IMG/VR virus record: IMGVR_UViG_3300037755_000578
Span: 1 to 38,432 of that record
Strand: one strand, 5' to 3'
DNA length: 38,432 nt
Source of the DNA: a virus
The notes beneath the pieces were generated by a model. It was not told where the DNA came from. It searched no databases and saw nothing but the letters and a program-made list of their open reading frames with translations. Shown here in pieces: positions 29,701 through 37,874 of the stretch. The translations under genes were made by a program, and so were the position numbers. Numbering within the stretch: the stretch's first letter is position 1; each line of letters begins with the position of its first letter.

Positions 29701-29879
29701 GCCTCTCATGCTGCGCCGGCCTCGACACGGTCCACGCGCCCGACTGCAAGCAGCGCCCGCCAGACCCGGCGGAGCTCAATCGGGACGCAGTGAGCGAGGC
29801 TGCCTACCGCGCCGGCTACGCCGCTGGCGTGGCCTGGGCCCGAGGGAAGCTAGAAGCCAAAAAGGAGCCGACGACATGA
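29697..29879 (+). CDS. Hypothetical protein (60 aa)
   Basis: GTG at 29697 within track ORF 29553..29879: (M)SLSCCAGLDTVHAPDCKQRPPDPAELNRDAVSEAAYRAGYAAGVAWARGKLEAKKEPTT. It has the same GAGGTGACGCCGTGA junction as the previous gene. Confidence 0.5.
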   Translation: MSLSCCAGLDTVHAPDCKQRPPDPAELNRDAVSEAAYRAGYAAGVAWARGKLEAKKEPTT

Positions 29880-30208
29880 CCGACTATCCACGCAAGAGCC
29901 GCCCGACCATGATCGGGCTGCCCGCCCCGCTCGACTGCGTCGCTGTGCCGCTCACACCGTACCGCGACGTTGCCCTGCACACCCCCAGCCACGCGCGCCG
30001 GCTGCGGGAGCGAGGCGAGTCCACGCCGGTGTTCATTCCGCCCGCTCGCCGTCACACGCCGGAGGAGGTCGCCATGATTCGCCGGGCTCGGCTCGCGCCC
30101 CCTACGCCGATGCATCGCCCCGTGTTCGAGCCCCGCTTCTGGACCAAGGCGCTCGTGTGCATGGTCGTGATCTATGCGACGCTGATCGTCGTCTTCGGGG
30201 TGCTCTGA
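29876..30208 (+). CDS. Tail-anchored membrane protein (110 aa)
   Basis: ATG at 29876 (ATGA overlap): MTDYPRKSRPTMIGLPAPLDCVAV...FWTKALVCMVVIYATLIVVFGVL. The C-terminal segment is hydrophobic. Confidence 0.55.
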   Translation: MTDYPRKSRPTMIGLPAPLDCVAVPLTPYRDVALHTPSHARRLRERGESTPVFIPPARRHTPEEVAMIRRARLAPPTPMHRPVFEPRFWTKALVCMVVIYATLIVVFGVL

Positions 30209-30501
30209 TGGGCTCGCTCGTAGATCTGGAGGCCCGGCGCCCGCGGCCGCACTCGACAGGCTCCGCGAAGTGCCTCAGCTGCGACCACGAATGGATCGCG
30301 ACGGCGCCAACCGAGACGCAAATCTTCGAGTGCCCCGAGTGCCACCTATGGAAAGCCATTCGGCTCGGGCTGCACGTCCCGCCGGGTGACACATGGGCGT
30401 GTAACAGGTGCTGCGGGACGTTCTTCTCGATCGCCCCCGACTGCGTCATGTGCATCCGGTGCGGCGCAACCAACCCCTGGCCAGAGCCCGCCTCGGGGTA
30501 A
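30208..30501 (+). CDS. Zinc-ribbon protein (97 aa)
   Basis: ATG at 30208: MGSLVDLEARRPRPHSTGSAKCLSCDHEW..FECPECHLW..WACNRCCGTFF..CVMCIRCG. Four Cys pairs are present. Confidence 0.55.
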   Translation: MGSLVDLEARRPRPHSTGSAKCLSCDHEWIATAPTETQIFECPECHLWKAIRLGLHVPPGDTWACNRCCGTFFSIAPDCVMCIRCGATNPWPEPASG

Positions 30502-30508
30502 CACGTAG

Positions 30509-30551
30509 CGACGCGGCCCGCCCCCCCCCCTACCAGCGGCGGGCCGCGTCG
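30509..30551. terminator. Bidirectional stem-loop between convergent operons (14-bp stem, C10-containing loop)
   Basis: cgacgcggcccgcc (30509-30522) pairs with ggcgggccgcgtcg (30538-30551). It lies between the stop at 30501 (+) and the stop at 30556 (-). Confidence 0.6.
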
Positions 30552-30555
30552 GTCT

Positions 30556-30948
30556 CTATGGCTGCGTCCACCAGCCCGTCAGACCGTCGCTCTGGAAGTA
30601 GTAGAAGCCCGGCACGGTCAGCGCCATGGACGCCGCGCCCTGAATCTGACCGCTCGTCGCAACGACGGTCAGCGTCCCGCCGCCGATGAGCAGGATCTCA
30701 ATCCACCGGTTCTGGGTCTTGCTGGTCGCGCCGGGGAAGATGCACGTCGCGCCCGCCGCGATCGGCTCGTAGCGGACGCGCTCGTTGAACCGTGCCGAGT
30801 AGTCGCGAGTCTTCGTGTCCGTGGTCGAGCCGATGGCCTCTGCCCGCAGTGACGTCAGCTCCGCCGAGATGTCGTCTTGCAGCCCGAGAAACTCCTTGAT
30901 GGCCTGCATCGACAGGCCTTGGAAGTTGGAGCGGCGCCGGAGGGTCAT
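30556..30948 (-). CDS. Last gene of the virion operon, small structural-type protein (130 aa)
   Basis: Track ORF MTLRRRSNFQGLSMQAIKEFLGLQDDISAEL...GFYYFQSDGLTGWWTQP. Confidence 0.55.
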   Translation of the reverse strand: MTLRRRSNFQGLSMQAIKEFLGLQDDISAELTSLRAEAIGSTTDTKTRDYSARFNERVRYEPIAAGATCIFPGATSKTQNRWIEILLIGGGTLTVVATSGQIQGAASMALTVPGFYYFQSDGLTGWWTQP

Positions 30949-31526
30949 CAGGCCTTGTGGACGTCTGCCCCGACGTACAGCCGCCCGACGCCGGCCGCTA
31001 GCATCGCGTTCTGGACGAGCACGACAACCCCCTCATCGGGGCCGAGCGACAGCGGCACCTGGTTGCCTGGCGTCCAGACATCCTGCCCGAAGTTGATGCC
31101 GGTGGCCGACGCTACAGCCAGGCTGGTGGACAGCACCGACAGCGGGTCGTCGGCGTCCACCGTGAACGCCGAGCCAGTGAGCGCCGTGGCGTCCGCGATC
31201 ACTGCCTCGACCTCTGCGGGCAACAGCGCCGTGTGATCCGCGACCCGCTTGCGCGTCGGGTTCGGGGTGATGCCGCCGGTTTGGATGACTGTGAACGCCG
31301 TGGCCTTGTACGCCGCGAACGCGAGCCCCTGCGCCGCGGTAAACGGCGTGGTCGTGAGCCACGACATGACGAGCTTGGATAGGATCAGCTCCTCGTTGGT
31401 GACGTTGCGCAGGCCGAACACGCTCCCGCCGGCTGCGATGCCCGTCATCAGCCCGGAGCGCGCTCCGATCCAATGGCCCTTGCAGTACACGAGGCGCCCG
31501 TTTTCGATGAGGTTGTTTTCGGCCAT
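30948..31526 (-). CDS. Virion-module protein (192 aa)
   Basis: Track ORF MAENNLIENGRLVYCKGHWIGARSGLMTGIAAGGSVFGL... Confidence 0.6.
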   Translation of the reverse strand: MAENNLIENGRLVYCKGHWIGARSGLMTGIAAGGSVFGLRNVTNEELILSKLVMSWLTTTPFTAAQGLAFAAYKATAFTVIQTGGITPNPTRKRVADHTALLPAEVEAVIADATALTGSAFTVDADDPLSVLSTSLAVASATGINFGQDVWTPGNQVPLSLGPDEGVVVLVQNAMLAAGVGRLYVGADVHKA

Positions 31527-31527
31527 G

Positions 31528-33624
31528 TTATCCCGTCTGTGCTATGGCGCTCGCGCCGTTCTTGAGCGTCGCTAGTGCGTCGCTGCTGGTTGCTTGTCCG
31601 CGGTCGCCGTCGGCCACGCCGTTCACCTTGCCGGCTGCGTTCTTGCGCGCAACCGCAGCATAGGCCCGCTCGGCCACCTTCCACGTCAGGCCGGGCTCGC
31701 CGCCGCCGTCGATGTTGAGCGCCGTGTCAATCTGCTCGCGCGCCTGCACCGGAACGGGGATGCCTTGCTCGTTCAGCTCCTGGAGGCGCTCGAACACGTC
31801 GCGACGCAGCCGCTCGTACCGGGTCGGATAGAGAAGCTCGAACGTCTCCACCGCGGGAGTCGAGAGGCGTCCGGAGGCAAGCTCGCTGCGCACGTAGGTC
31901 GGATCGGCCACCGATTGCAGCCGCTCGTTGTATTCCCACAGCTCGTCCTCGCTGACCGGGTGCGCCAGGCCGAAGGGGCCGCCGTCCTTTCCCCCGGGCG
32001 CCACGGAGGCGAGGTACTGCACCGTCTTCGCCGCTTGCTGGGAGAGCGCCGAGAACACCTCCGGCGCCGCATCCGGGAGCGAGCCGAAGCTGGCCGCCAT
32101 GACCGAGCCGAAGTAGGCCGGATCGCGCGCCATCTTGTCGACGTGCGAGCGGTGCGCGGCGAAGTTGTCCGCGTTCAGGCCCGCGCCTCGTGGCGGCTGC
32201 ACGTCGAGCCCGTCGGAGGGGTCGTCGGCGGGCGGTTCCAGGAGGCTGGCGACACCGGCGCGGCTGTCCTCGGCTGCGAGCTTGGCGAGGCTCGCCGTCG
32301 CCCGGAAAGCGCCGTCACGGGCCGCTAGGCGCTGACTGGCGGCCTGGGCCGCCGCGTTCGGCTCGCCGTCGACCGTGGCGCGGTGAAGCTGGTTGGTGAG
32401 GTAGCCCGTCGAGAGGGTGCCGCCCGTGCTCGGACCCGCGGCGCTCAGCCACTCCAGCGCGGCAACGGCGGGGTCGTCTGTTTCACGTGGAACACTCCCG
32501 CCAGCTCGCTGGATCGCCGCGCCCTGGCGCCCGGTCTTTTCGAGGGTGGCGACAGCGGCCCGGATGCGCGCAGCGTCCTCTTTGCGCCCGAACTTCTCGG
32601 CCACGTCCGCAGTAACGCGCGCCGAGTCGACGGTGCGCGCGAGCACGTCCCCCATTGATGGGTCGCTAGATTCCAGCATTGCACGAAAGCGCCCCGGGTC
32701 GACCTTGCGCTTGCCGCCGACCTCGGCCGTAAACGCCTCCTCGAATGCGTCGATGTGATCTCCGTAGCGGCGGGCGTATCCCGCGGCCCGTTGCCCCTCG
32801 GCTGCCCCTGCCTGCCCCCAGAGCCCATCGGAATGGAGTCCCTCGTCGAGGGTGCGCTTGGCCTCGTCGAGGCGCTCCAGGGTCACCGGGTCAGCGCCGG
32901 AGCGTCCCGCCTTCGTCCGGGCTCGGAGGAGCCCGTCAGACAGCTCGGAGGCGGCGCCGAACCACCGCGTCGGGTCGTCGCCGTCCGCGAGCTTGGCGAG
33001 GCGCTCACGCAGCGGGGCAGCTGCCTCCGGCGGCACGTCCCCGAGCAGGTCCGAGACCTGGTCTCGCGTCTGCGTGGTCCAGCGCGCCTGCTCGACGGTG
33101 CGGTTGGGGATGAGCTTCTGCAGCTCGGACGCGTCCGGGCGCAGCGGGGCCAGCTTGGTGTAGCTGTCGAGGAGGGATTGCGCGGCCTTGGCCTGCTTGG
33201 AGCTCAGCTCGGTGATCAGTTTGGGTGCGTTTTCCCGCAGGTAGGTCACCCCCTCGTCGTCCGGGCCGCGCCTGGCCAGCTCGTCGGCGTCGTTTCCGGT
33301 CGCACGAGCTTGCTTGCCGAGCAGGTCCCGCGCCGCTCGAGCGTGGGCCGCGTGCTCCGCCTCGGTTAACAGGTTCTTTCCGAGCCGCTCCACCTTCCGG
33401 TCGCCAACGTACGAGTCCCCGAGCAGGAGCCCGCCGCCAACGTTGGCAAACGTGGCCTCCTGGGCATAGTCCCGATCGCGTAGCCACTCCTGCTCAGCTG
33501 CCCCAGCGTAGCCGCCAGCCGAGGCCGCTTCGCCGAGCACGCCACCGGGGGAAAGGGTCAGCGCCGCCGGCGGGGGTGGGGCCGCGGGTGCATCGAGCAC
33601 AGAGGGGTCGAACGGTTGGGCCAT
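31528..33624 (-). CDS. Large helical internal-virion/ejection-type protein (698 aa)
   Basis: Track ORF MAQPFDPSVLDAPAAPPPPAALTLSPGG... It is the third of three consecutive large genes after the tail gene. Confidence 0.6.
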   Translation of the reverse strand: MAQPFDPSVLDAPAAPPPPAALTLSPGGVLGEAASAGGYAGAAEQEWLRDRDYAQEATFANVGGGLLLGDSYVGDRKVERLGKNLLTEAEHAAHARAARDLLGKQARATGNDADELARRGPDDEGVTYLRENAPKLITELSSKQAKAAQSLLDSYTKLAPLRPDASELQKLIPNRTVEQARWTTQTRDQVSDLLGDVPPEAAAPLRERLAKLADGDDPTRWFGAASELSDGLLRARTKAGRSGADPVTLERLDEAKRTLDEGLHSDGLWGQAGAAEGQRAAGYARRYGDHIDAFEEAFTAEVGGKRKVDPGRFRAMLESSDPSMGDVLARTVDSARVTADVAEKFGRKEDAARIRAAVATLEKTGRQGAAIQRAGGSVPRETDDPAVAALEWLSAAGPSTGGTLSTGYLTNQLHRATVDGEPNAAAQAASQRLAARDGAFRATASLAKLAAEDSRAGVASLLEPPADDPSDGLDVQPPRGAGLNADNFAAHRSHVDKMARDPAYFGSVMAASFGSLPDAAPEVFSALSQQAAKTVQYLASVAPGGKDGGPFGLAHPVSEDELWEYNERLQSVADPTYVRSELASGRLSTPAVETFELLYPTRYERLRRDVFERLQELNEQGIPVPVQAREQIDTALNIDGGGEPGLTWKVAERAYAAVARKNAAGKVNGVADGDRGQATSSDALATLKNGASAIAQTG

Positions 33625-33627
33625 GGG

Positions 33628-35364
33628 TCAGAGGCTACCGTAGATCGAGGGGTCAATCCCGCGCTTCTCCAGCATCTCGTCTATGCGGTCTTTGCCGTAC
33701 TGCCCGACCGCGTTCCGGTACTCCTGGCGCTGTTCGCGGAACAGCTCGGCGGACGCTTTCCGCAGCGACTCGGCGCCGGTGATCGGGAGCCGCGCCGCGT
33801 ACCGGGCATATTCCTTGTCCGACACACCGGCGCCGCTGTTGGCCTTCGCCATGCCCGCGGTGATCTTGTCGACGGAGCGACGGAGCGACTTGAGGTCTTC
33901 GCCCTGCTGGCTCTGGGCGTAGTTCTTGAGGTCGTCGCCGATGCCCCATGGGATGGCGCCGCCGACCGCCTCCACCAGCTGCGTGGCGCTGCCCGGTAGA
34001 ATCTTCTCCGCCCGCTCGCCGCCGCCCTCTTTGACCTCGCCGCTGCCAGCGTCGCGAGAGAAGCCCGCCGCCGCGTCGAACTCCATGAAGCCCTGCCGCG
34101 CCGAGGCCAGTCCGTCGATGCGGTCTCGTGCGTCGCGTTGCTGTTCTGGGGTCAGCTCCGCGCGCTTGGTGGCCTCGTCTTCTCGCTTCAGCTCGGCCTC
34201 GGTTTTGCCGCCTGGGGGAGCGAGCTTGGCCGCCTGAAGCATGGCCGAGCGCTCCTCTCGCGTGTACCCGCGCTTTTCTAGAAGCGCGTCCATTTCGAGC
34301 GCTTCCTTCAGCTGCTTGTTGGGGTCGCCCGAGCCCTTGGGGGCGATGGCCTTGAACGTGGTGGAGGTCTCTAGCGGCTTGCCGAACGTGGCCTCTTGAA
34401 TCTCCTGGTGGATGCGGCCGACGCTGTTCTCCAGCTTTTTGGCCAGGTCCTCGGCTTGCGCCCGCACCTCCATGCTCTTGGCGTCGAAGCCCTCGGCCCT
34501 GGCTTTCTTCGCGAAGGTCAGGAGCTTGTCGGCTTCGAGGCGCTTCGCTACCAGAGCCGCATCCTGGTACTGGCTCTCGTACTGCGCGATCAGCGAGCTG
34601 CGCCGGCCGCGGTTCGCCGCGTTGTCGGCCATCTGCGCCGCGACGTCTTCCTTCGCCATCTGCATCAACGACTGAACGACGGGCGGCTGACCCTGTCCGC
34701 CGAGGTAGCCGTAGATTCCGGCTGAGATGACCGCGAAGGCCTTGCCGACGATCGACTTGTTGTCGAAGTACCGATCAGGGTTGATCGGCTCGTCCGCTTG
34801 CCCTGCCAGCTCCATCTGCTGAGCGCGCAGCCGCTCTTGCTTCGCTGCTACCTCGGCCTCTTGCTTCTGGCGCTTCTCGGTCTCTATGTCGGCGTCCATG
34901 CGCAGGTACGCCGCGCGCTTCTCCATCTCCTCGGCCTCTTTGATGAGGCGCTCCCGGTCGACCTGGGCGTTGTCGAGCTGCTCTTGTCCGCGCACCGCGA
35001 CACCCTGGGCGAGCACGTCCGTCGGGATGCCGCCCGTCTCGCCTTTGACCGTCTGCGACTCCATGCGCATCCCCTTGGGGGCCTCGGCCTGCTTCGGGCC
35101 AGAGAGCGCGCCGGAGCTTTCCAGCTCCTTCACGTAGTTGAGCACGTCGGGGTGGCCGAGCTGCGAGCCGCCGCCCCCGCCGCCGCCCATGTCGATCGGT
35201 TGCGCCATGTCGCTCCCGGTCGTGGCCTCCAGGACCGCGGGGTCGAGCTGCGGCATCGGGGCGGGAGCCTCGGCCGCCAGCATCGCGGCGATCCGGTCTT
35301 CCTCCTCGTCGTCCTGCGATGGGGAAGCGCCCATCATGGCGCGTAGTTCGTCGATGAGTGCCAT
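33628..35364 (-). CDS. Internal-virion/ejection-type protein with a coiled coil and one TM-like segment (578 aa)
   Basis: ATG at 35364 (TAATG overlap): MALIDELRAMMGASPSQDDEEEDRIAAM... It has a G7 run, then an E/K/Q coiled coil, then IVGKAFAVISAGIYGYLGG. Confidence 0.6.
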   Translation of the reverse strand: MALIDELRAMMGASPSQDDEEEDRIAAMLAAEAPAPMPQLDPAVLEATTGSDMAQPIDMGGGGGGGSQLGHPDVLNYVKELESSGALSGPKQAEAPKGMRMESQTVKGETGGIPTDVLAQGVAVRGQEQLDNAQVDRERLIKEAEEMEKRAAYLRMDADIETEKRQKQEAEVAAKQERLRAQQMELAGQADEPINPDRYFDNKSIVGKAFAVISAGIYGYLGGQGQPPVVQSLMQMAKEDVAAQMADNAANRGRRSSLIAQYESQYQDAALVAKRLEADKLLTFAKKARAEGFDAKSMEVRAQAEDLAKKLENSVGRIHQEIQEATFGKPLETSTTFKAIAPKGSGDPNKQLKEALEMDALLEKRGYTREERSAMLQAAKLAPPGGKTEAELKREDEATKRAELTPEQQRDARDRIDGLASARQGFMEFDAAAGFSRDAGSGEVKEGGGERAEKILPGSATQLVEAVGGAIPWGIGDDLKNYAQSQQGEDLKSLRRSVDKITAGMAKANSGAGVSDKEYARYAARLPITGAESLRKASAELFREQRQEYRNAVGQYGKDRIDEMLEKRGIDPSIYGSL

Positions 35365-37874
35365 TAGATGAACAACCCCAGAATGCCGGCGGTTTGCCCG
35401 GCTGCGTTGAGCCACTTCTGCGCCTCGCTAGGCGCCTGGCTCTGGAGGAATGCGAACTGTCGATTGCGAAGGTCGAGATCTTCGATCTGCGTGATCCGGC
35501 TCATCTCGGTCGCGAAGTTGCTGTTCGAGATGCCCGCGGCCGCGTTGATGCGGCTGGTCAGGTTCGCCGCGTTTGCGGTGGACAGCTGCACGTCCTGCGC
35601 GCGCGTCGCCGAGCTGAGCACGCCGGCATTCTGCAATGCTGCGATGCTGTTGGCCCGGTTGTTCTGGTCCACCGTCACGCGGTTGTTCGAGTTGTTGATG
35701 CCGATGCCCTGGTCCAGGCCCGCCGTGTTGTTCGCCTGCGCCGAGGCGCCCAGGAGCGCGTTGAGCGCGTTCTGCTGATTAGCCAGCTCCCGCTGCGTGC
35801 GGATCTGAGCGTCGTTGGTGGCGAACCCGAGGTCGTTGCTGTTCATGTTCGTCGCGAGCCCGCCCGCTGCGATGTAGCTGTCGAGCGCGTTGCGTTGGTT
35901 CGCCTGGGCGATCTGCGCCGCGATGCTGGCGTTGCTCTGTGCCAGGCTCGTGTCGCTATTCATGGCGTTCGACTGGAGGCCGCCCGCCCCCAGAAGCGAG
36001 TTGAGCCGGTTCTGCTGGTTGGCCATGCTCGTCGTGGCGAGCCGGTCCGCTTCGCTGGTGGTGAACCCGGTCTCGTCGAGGAGCTGCGCCATCGCGAGCT
36101 GGCCGCCGGCCGCGTTGCTCAGCCGGTAGTTTTCCTGGTTGCCCTGCTTGATCTGCGCCAACCGGTCGGCGTCCGTGACGGCTAGCGAGAGGTCGCGCGC
36201 GCCCATGTCTCCCGAGTAGCCGCCCGCGAGCCCGAGCGCCTGAAGCTGGTTCTGTCGGTGCTGTTGCTCCTCGCTCGCGCGAAGCGCCGCCATCTGCGCT
36301 CCGATGTCTGCTTGCTGCGCCGCCGCCTGACCGAGCGCCCGCCGCTGACCGGTGATCTGCGAGCGCCAGCCGCCGCCGAGGCTGTTGGCATCGCCATAGG
36401 CGTTGCGCGTGGCCCGCTCCTGGGCGTTGAGCAGCAAGGCCTGTGCCTGGCTGGAGCTCTCGGGGGCCTCGCTCGCGCCGATGAGCCGCTGAATGATGTC
36501 CTCGCTCTGAGCGCGCGAATCGAGGTAGAGCCCGCTGCGTGCGTCGCCGTAAGAGTCGGCAACGTCGTTGGTCGCCGAGACCCGCAGCCCGTTCTTCCAG
36601 TTGTTGACGTCGTTGGTGGCGATGGTGCGCCCGAGCTGGTCCGCCTGGATGGGTCCGATCTCTCTATTCGCGTTGCCGGTCAGGAGCGAGGCCGTATCCA
36701 TGACCGCGTTGCGGCTCTGGTTGCGCTGCGTGGCGTCCGCCTGAATGTTGCCGATGTTGTTCTGTGCCTGCCCGCGCAGGTCACCATAACTCGTGTTCAT
36801 GAGCCCGCGGCTCTGGTCGTAGCGGCCCGAGTCGAGGCCCGTTACGGCCACGTTGTTGTTCGCGAGGCCCGCCAGCTGCGAGGTGTAGTTCATGGCCGCG
36901 CTTCGGCTCTGATCGTACTGCGGCGAGTTGAAGTCCTGATAGCCGCTCTGCTGATTCGCCTGCCCCAGCATCTGTTGCACGATAGCATCGCTCTGCGCCG
37001 AGCTGGGGCGGACGGCGTCCGTGTTGTATCCCATGACCTGCGCCGAGGTCATCTGAGGGGTTGGCGACGGGGTTGGCGTGTACTGCGCTTGCGCGCCCTG
37101 CGGACCGGCGGGCGCGCGGAACGCGCCCGCGATGTTTCCAGCGATATCCTGAATCGCGTTGGGGATCTGGCGTACCGCGTTCGAGGTATTCTGCGCGTCG
37201 TTGCGTAGGTTGTTGGCTGCCGAGCTGGCATTCTGCACCACGGCGGGCACGTTCGTTCCGTAGTTGGTGCCAGCGTTTACCGCGTTGCGGTTGAGGTAGC
37301 CGGTGGGATTGGCGATGGCCTGCACCGCGTCGGGAGCGCCGAGGTCGTTCAGCCCTTGCCCGATCGGGTCCTGGACGTAGCCGGACACGTCGAATCCCGT
37401 GCGCTGGTTGATCTGATTGCCGACCTGCCCGGCGAAGTACCCAACGGGGTTGATGACGGGGTTGTTGCCGAGCTGGCGCAGCGCATCGAGAGGCGTGTTC
37501 ACGTCGGGGCGAACGAACCCGCCCTGCTCGCTCTGGTAGCCGCCGCCGACCACCGCATCGGAGAAGGGAACGTTGTTGCCCTGCGTGCGCCCGCTCGCGA
37601 TGTTCGTCGATCGCGGGTCGAATCCGCCGGGGCGGCTTGCGTTAAAGCTGGCCTGCTCGGCCGCCCCCGCGGGAGCTCCCGCCGCCGCCTGGTCCGTCGC
37701 CGACGGCCGCGGGTTGCCGCTGTTGCCGCGCCCCATGGCCGTCGCAAACTCGTCGCTGTCTCCGGCTCCGTTGGAGCCCGCTGCGACTTGTTGCTCGTAC
37801 GCCGTGGCCTCGGCCTGCGTCGGGAACGCCTGCCCGTTGCTGGTCCACCAAGCTCCGCCCGCGAAGTATGCCAT
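35364..37874 (-). CDS. Asn/Gln/Ala/Gly-rich repeat protein (836 aa), internal-virion/ejection-type, with a hydrophobic C-terminus
   Basis: ATG at 37874 (TAATG overlap), 91 codons inside track ORF 35364..38147: MAYFAGGAWWTSNGQAFPTQAEATAYEQQ... The C-terminal half has ~40-aa repeats (..ANQQNRLNSLLGAGGLQSNAMNSD.. / ..ANQRNALDSYIAAGGLATNMNSND.. / ..ANQQNALNALLGASAQANNTAGLD..). It ends AGQTAGILGLFI. Confidence 0.7.
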   Translation of the reverse strand: MAYFAGGAWWTSNGQAFPTQAEATAYEQQVAAGSNGAGDSDEFATAMGRGNSGNPRPSATDQAAAGAPAGAAEQASFNASRPGGFDPRSTNIASGRTQGNNVPFSDAVVGGGYQSEQGGFVRPDVNTPLDALRQLGNNPVINPVGYFAGQVGNQINQRTGFDVSGYVQDPIGQGLNDLGAPDAVQAIANPTGYLNRNAVNAGTNYGTNVPAVVQNASSAANNLRNDAQNTSNAVRQIPNAIQDIAGNIAGAFRAPAGPQGAQAQYTPTPSPTPQMTSAQVMGYNTDAVRPSSAQSDAIVQQMLGQANQQSGYQDFNSPQYDQSRSAAMNYTSQLAGLANNNVAVTGLDSGRYDQSRGLMNTSYGDLRGQAQNNIGNIQADATQRNQSRNAVMDTASLLTGNANREIGPIQADQLGRTIATNDVNNWKNGLRVSATNDVADSYGDARSGLYLDSRAQSEDIIQRLIGASEAPESSSQAQALLLNAQERATRNAYGDANSLGGGWRSQITGQRRALGQAAAQQADIGAQMAALRASEEQQHRQNQLQALGLAGGYSGDMGARDLSLAVTDADRLAQIKQGNQENYRLSNAAGGQLAMAQLLDETGFTTSEADRLATTSMANQQNRLNSLLGAGGLQSNAMNSDTSLAQSNASIAAQIAQANQRNALDSYIAAGGLATNMNSNDLGFATNDAQIRTQRELANQQNALNALLGASAQANNTAGLDQGIGINNSNNRVTVDQNNRANSIAALQNAGVLSSATRAQDVQLSTANAANLTSRINAAAGISNSNFATEMSRITQIEDLDLRNRQFAFLQSQAPSEAQKWLNAAGQTAGILGLFI

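Noticed and set aside
35358-37208. Plus ORFs 35358..36185 (275 aa) and 36258..37208 (316 aa)
   Set aside because: They are antisense shadows of the Asn/Gln-rich gene and are rich in V/L/R/D, as expected for the reverse complement of N/Q/A codons.
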